Shown: one piece after another, positions 58,258-64,000 of the stretch | Position numbering within the stretch: position 1 is the stretch's first letter | Layout: every line of letters begins with the position of its first letter | NCBI GenBank assembly: GCA_963847705.1 | Contig: CAWKBC010000017.1 | Location: 224,001 to 288,000, forward strand | Length of the DNA stretch: 64,000 nt | DNA from: an uncultured Pseudomonadota bacterium | GTDB taxonomy: Bacteria > Myxococcota_A > Polyangia > Fen-1088 | Direction of reading: 5' to 3' | The notes under the pieces: generated by a model | Database searches by the model: none | Seen by the model: the letters and a program-made list of their open reading frames with translations, nothing else | What the model was told of the DNA's origin: nothing | Program-made: the position numbers and the translations under genes

Positions 58258-60090
58258 ATGATCAAGCTGACGCTGACAGAGAAGAACGGTGAGCCCAGGC
58301 TCCTCACCTTCGACAAGGACGAGATCACGATCGGTCGCGTCTCCGGCAACGACATCGTGCTGGCCAAAGGGAACGTCTCGAAGAGACACTCGCGGTTCAC
58401 GGTCAAGAGCCCTGGGCAGATCGAGGTGGCCGACCTCAAGAGCACCAACGGCACCTACGTCAACGGGCGCAAGATCGGCTCCCCGATGCTGCTGTCCGCC
58501 TCCGACCGCGTCTATGTGGGCGACTTCCTGATCAACATCGATCTCGGCGTCGGCGCCGCGCAGAGCGATTTTGCGGCGGACTTCCCCGGCGATTCTCCGG
58601 CGGCGGCCGGCGCGGGCAGCGCGGGGCATCGGCTGCCGATTCCCCCACCCCCTCCGCCGCCCCGGGGCCGGGTTGGATCGAGCGCCGCGCAGCTTCCGAC
58701 CTACGACGACAGCGACGGCGAGGGGGACGCCGGCTTCGGCGGCGGCGACGACGACGAAGAGCTGGGGCTGGCGGCCCGCCCGCCCGGTTCGGGGCGGGTG
58801 CCCATTCCCCCTCCGCCGCCGCCGCGCCGTCCCCCGACGCCGCTGGCCAGTCGCGGTCTGGGGGAAAGCGACTTCGACGATGGGCTCGGTTCGGTGGCGC
58901 CCTCTGCCGCCGACGAGCCCGCTGACGACACCGGGAGCGTTGGCCTCTTCGCGCATTCGCGGAGCCCGGATGACGAGAGCAGCCGGCGCCCCGCCGCGCG
59001 ACCAGGCGCCGCTGCGGTCCCCGCGGCTGCCCCGTCGTTTGGCTCGGCGAGCGTCGCGCCCCCGATGACGACCGACGTCGGCGGCAACGCCGCCGGGTTC
59101 GAGGCGCTGCTGGCCGATGCGGCCGTCACGCAGATCCTCATCACCGCGCCAGATGCGGCGCTGGTCGATCGGGGCTCGGGGCTCTCGCTCCACGACGGCA
59201 GCCTCGGCGAGCCCAACGCCGTCGCCGATGCGCTCTGGCGGCTGGCCAACACGGCGTTTCCGCCCCCCGCGCCGGACAATCCGGTGGTCGACGTTCGGCT
59301 GGCCGACGGGACGCGCGTCTCGGCGGCGTTCCCCCCCGCCTCGCCGACCGGCGTGGTGGCGGCGATTCGCCGACCGGTCTTGCTCCCACGCACGCTCTCC
59401 GATCTGATCCCGGACGGAAGCAAGGACGCGCAGACGCTGCTGGAGAGCGCGATGTCGGCGCGGCGCAACCTGCTGCTCACCGGCGACGCGGCGGCGATGC
59501 CGCAGCTTCTGGGGGCGCTCGCCGCGGCGATCCCGGCCGACCGCCGGGTCGTGGCCATCGGCGCCGCGCAGCCGCAGGCGCGCGGTGGCTGGACCGATCT
59601 CGCGCCCGCGGCCGACATGGCGGGCCTCTTGCGCGTGGCCTCGACTCTCCGCGCCGACCACCTGATGGTGGGCGAGGTGATGGGACCGGAGCTCGGCGAG
59701 CTGCTGCTGGTCGCCTCGCGCGGTCAAGAGGGGCTCGTCGCGGCGCTCCCCGGGCGTTCGACGATCGAGACGCTCGGGCGCCTGGTGGCGCTGGCGGCGG
59801 CGGGCCTCGGCGCGACGACCGCGGTCACGACCGCGCTCTGCGCCAGCGCCTTCGACCTGGTGCTGCATGTGGTGGCGGTGACCGACGGGACCGTTCGCAT
59901 CGTCGAGGTGGCGGAGCCGCGGGTCGATGGAGCGGCGCTGGCCGCCGACCCGGTGCTGACCTTCTCCGGCGACGGCAACCGCCGCGAGCCGGGCGCGGGA
60001 CGGCTGCAGGGGCGCGGCGTCTCGGCGCGCCTCAGCGCGGCGTTCACCGTCGCGGGGAGCCCCCTTCCGTCTTCGCTCGTCAACAAGTGA
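58258..60090 (+). CDS. FHA domain fused to a degenerate CpaF/TadA-like ATPase domain
   Basis: FHA: TIGR...DIVL..GNVSKRH...STNGTYVNG; CpaF-like VDVRLADGTRV, LRADHLMVGEV; Walker A absent. Confidence 0.8.
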   Translation: MIKLTLTEKNGEPRLLTFDKDEITIGRVSGNDIVLAKGNVSKRHSRFTVKSPGQIEVADLKSTNGTYVNGRKIGSPMLLSASDRVYVGDFLINIDLGVGAAQSDFAADFPGDSPAAAGAGSAGHRLPIPPPPPPPRGRVGSSAAQLPTYDDSDGEGDAGFGGGDDDEELGLAARPPGSGRVPIPPPPPPRRPPTPLASRGLGESDFDDGLGSVAPSAADEPADDTGSVGLFAHSRSPDDESSRRPAARPGAAAVPAAAPSFGSASVAPPMTTDVGGNAAGFEALLADAAVTQILITAPDAALVDRGSGLSLHDGSLGEPNAVADALWRLANTAFPPPAPDNPVVDVRLADGTRVSAAFPPASPTGVVAAIRRPVLLPRTLSDLIPDGSKDAQTLLESAMSARRNLLLTGDAAAMPQLLGALAAAIPADRRVVAIGAAQPQARGGWTDLAPAADMAGLLRVASTLRADHLMVGEVMGPELGELLLVASRGQEGLVAALPGRSTIETLGRLVALAAAGLGATTAVTTALCASAFDLVLHVVAVTDGTVRIVEVAEPRVDGAALAADPVLTFSGDGNRREPGAGRLQGRGVSARLSAAFTVAGSPLPSSLVNK

Positions 60091-60097
60091 CCCGCAC

Positions 60098-61189
60098 GTG
60101 ACTCGCCGCCGCGGGCGCGAACCGAGTCGTCCCGAGGTCTTCTTCGATCACTTTCGAGGGGCGCTGTCGCGCCTGCCGGCCGGCCTCATTCGGGTGATGC
60201 CTCCCGCTCCGGCCGGCGAGCTGGCCCGCGCCGTGGCGACGCTGGGGCGGGCGCTCCCCCAGGTGTACGGGGCATTTTTGCAGTCGTTCGACGGGGCGGA
60301 TTTGTTTCACGAGACGGTGCTGATCGCCGGGGTCGGACCGGCGGCGGCGCTGCGGCTCGACGACCTGCCGCAAGATCGGGCAGGCGAGCTGGTGTTCGCC
60401 GTCGGGGCGGCGGGGGAGCGCTACCTCCTCGACGGTGAGGGCCGCGTCGTGCGCGCCGACCCCGGCGCGGACGAGCGCGCGCTGGCCGGCTCCAGCTTCG
60501 CCCGCTGGCTCGACGCAACCGTCGCGCGCGAGCAGGTGCTCTACGGCCCCGACGGAGAATATGCCCCCGACGTCTTCGACCCCTCGGGCGAGGAGGTGAC
60601 CCCGCTGGTCGCGCTTCGGCAGGCCGAGCGGGCGCTCAAGCAGGATCCCGGTGCGGCGGGCGCGGCGCACGCGCGTGGCCTCGCGCTTCGGCGCCTCGGG
60701 CGCCTGGGGGCGGCGGTCGACGCCCTCGACGAGGCGACCGCGCTCGATCCGGAGAATCCCTGGCCCTGGTTCGATCTCGGGCGCACGGCGCTGGACGACG
60801 GCCAGAACGCGCGCGCTGTGCAGGCGTTCTGCCGGGCGGCCCAGCTCGACAGGGGACCCGAGGGGGGACGCCTCCTGGCCTGGGCAGCGCGGGCCGCCGG
60901 ACCGGGCGCCGAGGCGACCACGCTGCGGGCGGCCGCCCTCGGCCGCGACGGAGCGCTGGTGGAGTCCCTCCGTCGCGCCGTCGACGCGGCGGCGGCGGAT
61001 CAGGATGCGGAGGCTGAAGCAGAGGCCGCGGCGCTGCTGGCGGCGATCGCGCCCGGCCAGTCGGTGGTCGCGCGGCGGCGACTCCCCATCGTCACAGAAC
61101 CGGCTGCTCCCCCACCGCCACCAGCTCCCCCGCGTCGTCCTCGCCCCGCAGCACCGCCGCGATCCGGCGGGTCCCGGCGGGGATCGTGA
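60098..61189 (+). CDS. SMI1/KNR4 (SUKH)-like domain plus TPR protein
   Basis: PAPAGELARAVATLGRALPQVYGAFLQSFDG; TPR ALDPENPWPWFDLG. Confidence 0.65.
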   Translation: MTRRRGREPSRPEVFFDHFRGALSRLPAGLIRVMPPAPAGELARAVATLGRALPQVYGAFLQSFDGADLFHETVLIAGVGPAAALRLDDLPQDRAGELVFAVGAAGERYLLDGEGRVVRADPGADERALAGSSFARWLDATVAREQVLYGPDGEYAPDVFDPSGEEVTPLVALRQAERALKQDPGAAGAAHARGLALRRLGRLGAAVDALDEATALDPENPWPWFDLGRTALDDGQNARAVQAFCRAAQLDRGPEGGRLLAWAARAAGPGAEATTLRAAALGRDGALVESLRRAVDAAAADQDAEAEAEAAALLAAIAPGQSVVARRRLPIVTEPAAPPPPPAPPRRPRPAAPPRSGGSRRGS

Positions 61190-62594
61190 GCGTCGCCGGC
61201 GTGGTGGACGCCGCGACCGAGGAGAGCGCGCTCCGGCGCCCGGTGGCGTCTTCGGCGTAAACACGCACCTCACCCTTGTGAACTGATCCCCGCGCGCCGG
61301 TCACCGAGACGGCGACGCTGCCGTCCTTGATCTCGAGGTGGATGTCGGCGCGGAAAAGATGATCGACGAGGCCGCTTGCGTACGCGCCGATCTCCGGGAG
61401 CAGGGCCACCGCGCTGTCGCGATAGACGGCGCGGTCGAGGAAGAACTTCACGCGCCCCGGGACGCGCAGGTAGGCGAGCAATCGCCGCCTGTGCGCGGTG
61501 GGCGCGCCCTGCTCTGCCGTCGCATAGGCGTAGTGGATGTTGCCGAGACCCGCGAGATCCAGGTGCGGCACCGAGGGGAGCGCGTACGGCAGCGACTCGC
61601 GCGCGTCACGCATCACCTCGGCGCCGGTGGTCAGGCGATCGACGACGACGGGCTCGGGCAGCGTCCCGTCCGAGAAGAACCGGCGCTGCGTGCGATCCGC
61701 CAGCCCCTGCCGATCGGCGGCGGTGATGTACGCCATCACCGTCGGGCGGTTGACCGGCGTGGCCGCGGCGGGGACGCCGGCCTGGCCGAAGGTCTCGGCG
61801 ACATAGCGTTCGAAAGCCGAGCCCCGATCGAAGAGGCTCGACCCGCCGTCGGCGAGGTAGGCGCCGCGGAAGTCGTTGCGGACGTGTGCGGGATCGCCTG
61901 CGTCCTCGAGGACGGCCAGCGTTCCGCCCAGCGCCAGCAGCGCCCGCGCCAGCGCCGTCCCGCGCGGCCCCGGACGCTCGGCCGTGGTCGCCCGTTCGAG
62001 CTGGTCGTAGAAGGTCGGCAGGCCGACGTCGTTGTCGGGCGCCACCAGCCACTCGGGCGAGGGCCGTCCGGTCAGGTTGAAGGTCGTTCCGGTCGCCGCG
62101 CCGCGCAGGCCGCCCGCTTCGGCGAACAGCATCCGCAGATCGTGACCGATCTGGAAGGCGCCGCCGGCCTGGCTGAGGCCGCTGCCGTGCGAGGGATCGA
62201 AGAAGAGGTTCTGGGCGCGCTCGGCCGGCGTCTCGGCGATCACCGCCCCGGCCACCACCCAGGCCAGCGCCGGGGCTGCCCCGTCGGCGCCGGGCCGGTA
62301 GCCTCCCGCCGGATCGAGCGCGTCGAGCCGTCCGCCGATGAGGCGGGCCGCCGTGGGGTCGAGATCGGCACGGTTGAGCACGATCGGCTCGAACAGCCCC
62401 AGCGGCCGCGACAGGCGGTGCGCCAGCACCCGGTGCAGCTCCGAGGCCAGCACCGCCTGCTCGGTGAGGCCAGCGTGCGTCGTGGCCGGATCGTACGCCC
62501 GCGCCGGGCGGGCCGTCATCAGCAGGGCGATCCCGGCGACGGTCCAAATCATCATCCGAATCATCCCGGTCGCACGGAGGCGGGCGCGAATCAT
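61092..62594 (-). CDS. Exported protein, possibly phospholipase C/P1-nuclease-like fold
   Basis: Signal peptide ending ARA; YDPATTHAGLT, LEDAGDPAHVRND; ATGA-coupled to the upstream gene. Confidence 0.5.
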   Translation of the reverse strand: MIRARLRATGMIRMMIWTVAGIALLMTARPARAYDPATTHAGLTEQAVLASELHRVLAHRLSRPLGLFEPIVLNRADLDPTAARLIGGRLDALDPAGGYRPGADGAAPALAWVVAGAVIAETPAERAQNLFFDPSHGSGLSQAGGAFQIGHDLRMLFAEAGGLRGAATGTTFNLTGRPSPEWLVAPDNDVGLPTFYDQLERATTAERPGPRGTALARALLALGGTLAVLEDAGDPAHVRNDFRGAYLADGGSSLFDRGSAFERYVAETFGQAGVPAAATPVNRPTVMAYITAADRQGLADRTQRRFFSDGTLPEPVVVDRLTTGAEVMRDARESLPYALPSVPHLDLAGLGNIHYAYATAEQGAPTAHRRRLLAYLRVPGRVKFFLDRAVYRDSAVALLPEIGAYASGLVDHLFRADIHLEIKDGSVAVSVTGARGSVHKGEVRVYAEDATGRRSALSSVAASTTPATLTIPAGTRRIAAVLRGEDDAGELVAVGEQPVL

Positions 62595-63769
62595 GGGGAG
62601 ACCTCGGGAGACGGCGTCGGCTTCACCGCCGGGTTGTCGATGTCGTTCGGCGGCCCGGCCTCGGGAGCTGGCGCGAGGCGCGGCTGCTCGGGCGGAAGCT
62701 CGGGGAGCCGCGACTCGACCAGCTTGGCCAGCTTGGCCAGCTGCGCCGGCTCGGTACACTGGCCGCTGCCGCAGGTCATCGACACCACCACGCCCCGCTC
62801 GCGAACGAGGAACACCAGCCCGCCGATCTCGCCCGACTGGGCGCGGAACGAGCCGTCGCCCACCTCGTCCGTGGCGTGCGCCCCGGGCAGCGTGGTCATC
62901 AGCTTGTTGTACTGAACCTCGGAGGCCGCCGGGCCGAGCCGCCAGACCCGCAGACCGACGTCGAAGCTCTCGGGCTTGCCGAGCGCCTTGAAGTGGCGGC
63001 TGTCGTAGAACTCGGTCGTGGGCAGGTCGGTCAGCTTGCCGTCCTCGAACTTGCCGACGTAGCCGGTGACGCCGCGAACCTCGTCGTCGCTGAGCAGCTT
63101 CGAAATGTCGAGGGGTATCAGCGGCCCCGCTTGCGCCGTCGCCTCGGCCTTCGTGCGGGCCGAGAGCGGCAGGTGCTCGCCGTCCAGCTCCAGCGCCGCC
63201 GCCTGCAGCTCCCAGGCGGCCGCCAGGCGCACCTTCGCGCCGCCGCCCAGGAAGACGAGGTGGGTGGCGTGGAGATAGGCCGGCTGCCAGCGGTCGAGGC
63301 GCACCCGATTGCCGCGCTGACTGAAGTCGCGCCGCGCGGTCTGGCCGGGGAACACCCGATCGCTCCGCCAGCCGACGTGCCCGCGGTGGTAGACGACCAG
63401 GGTGAAGCGGCGGATGCGGGCCGACGCCCCCTCCGGCAGATCGTCGAGCCGGGGGATGGTGTAGCGCCCGTCGGCGCCGGTCTGCACCACCACCTCGCGG
63501 GATCCGGACGGCGCGTGAAAGCCGATGCCGTTCTCGAACGCCCAGGACGCCGCGACGGTGGCCCCGGAGACCGGACGATCCAGATCGGCGTCGATGACGA
63601 TGCCGTCGTACGGACCGAGCAGATCGGCCGGACGGATCGAATCGGGGCGGACGGCGAACGGCGCCCGCTCGATCAGCGGCCCGCAGGCCGCCGAGGCCAG
63701 GATCATCGCCAGGAGCAGCAGCTGCGGCGCTGCCGATCTCGCTGCCGATCTTGCCGCCGGTCTTGCCAT
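62591..63769 (-). CDS. Lipoprotein with a carboxypeptidase-regulatory-like (prealbumin-fold) domain
   Basis: Lipobox SAAC; GIVIDA...PVSGATV...TGADGRYTI; start uncertain (63769-63880). Confidence 0.65.
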   Translation of the reverse strand: MARPAARSAARSAAPQLLLLAMILASAACGPLIERAPFAVRPDSIRPADLLGPYDGIVIDADLDRPVSGATVAASWAFENGIGFHAPSGSREVVVQTGADGRYTIPRLDDLPEGASARIRRFTLVVYHRGHVGWRSDRVFPGQTARRDFSQRGNRVRLDRWQPAYLHATHLVFLGGGAKVRLAAAWELQAAALELDGEHLPLSARTKAEATAQAGPLIPLDISKLLSDDEVRGVTGYVGKFEDGKLTDLPTTEFYDSRHFKALGKPESFDVGLRVWRLGPAASEVQYNKLMTTLPGAHATDEVGDGSFRAQSGEIGGLVFLVRERGVVVSMTCGSGQCTEPAQLAKLAKLVESRLPELPPEQPRLAPAPEAGPPNDIDNPAVKPTPSPEVSP

Positions 63770-63967
63770 CGGTCTTGCTGCCCTCGGTGCGCACAAAGTC
63801 GTGCGGACCATCGCAGGGGTGCCCGTGGGGGTGCCCCTCGAATTGACCGATCCGGCGGAAGTTGTTATCTCTTGACGCACTTAGGAAATCGCGGGGCAGC
63901 GCCGGCGGGTGTGTTTGTCCGGGCCGCCTGTTACCAAAGGATTCGGCCCCTTGCAAACCCCATCGAC

Positions 63968-64000
63968 ATGATCAAGTGCGGTCGCTGCGGAAACGCCAAC
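63968..64000 (+). CDS. Start of a zinc-ribbon-containing protein (truncated by the window)
   Basis: MIKCGRCGNAN. Confidence 0.45.
   Translation, partial: MIKCGRCGNAN

Noticed and set aside
63729-63782. Imperfect 12-bp repeats at the 5' end of the lipoprotein gene
   Set aside because: Degenerate low-complexity signal-peptide n-region (ARSA/ARPA); no evidence of a separate function
61092-63956. 954-aa fused ORF in the track
   Set aside because: The upstream half is off-frame to the lipoprotein gene 62591-63769; the real gene most likely starts at 62594

Overview
High-GC bacterial chromosomal DNA. Gene content (FHA-CpaF fusion, PrkA-type ATPase, Cys-rich lipoproteins, IF3 with an ATC start and C-terminal extension) suggests Myxococcota; this is inference. 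The window holds a core translation block (tRNA-Val, thrS, infC, two inserted genes, rpmI, rplT, pheS, pheT, ihfA, merR, tRNA-Pro, surE, pcm, nlpD, apt, gluQ), a gmd/fcl/polyprenol-phosphate glycosyltransferase trio, a ~15 kb glycosylation island (GDP-heptose-type pathway, a transaldolase and five GT-C-like membrane proteins), a DacZ-like diadenylate cyclase, PrkA, aroA/tyrA, a thiol-redox cluster, and an FHA-fused CpaF-like protein lacking Walker A. The most notable element is a compact putative RiPP cluster at 6338-9406, next to tRNA-Arg(CCT). It comprises an unannotated 52-aa precursor (WQKPRI leader motif, two-Cys core) missing from the ORF track, an HprK-like P-loop protein fused to a degenerate S24/S26 peptidase-like domain, a PqqD/RRE chaperone and a radical SAM/SPASM enzyme. 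Frameshifts in pheS, pheT, aroA and some glycosyltransferases look like sequencing indels. All calls come from reading motifs by eye; no database searches were run.
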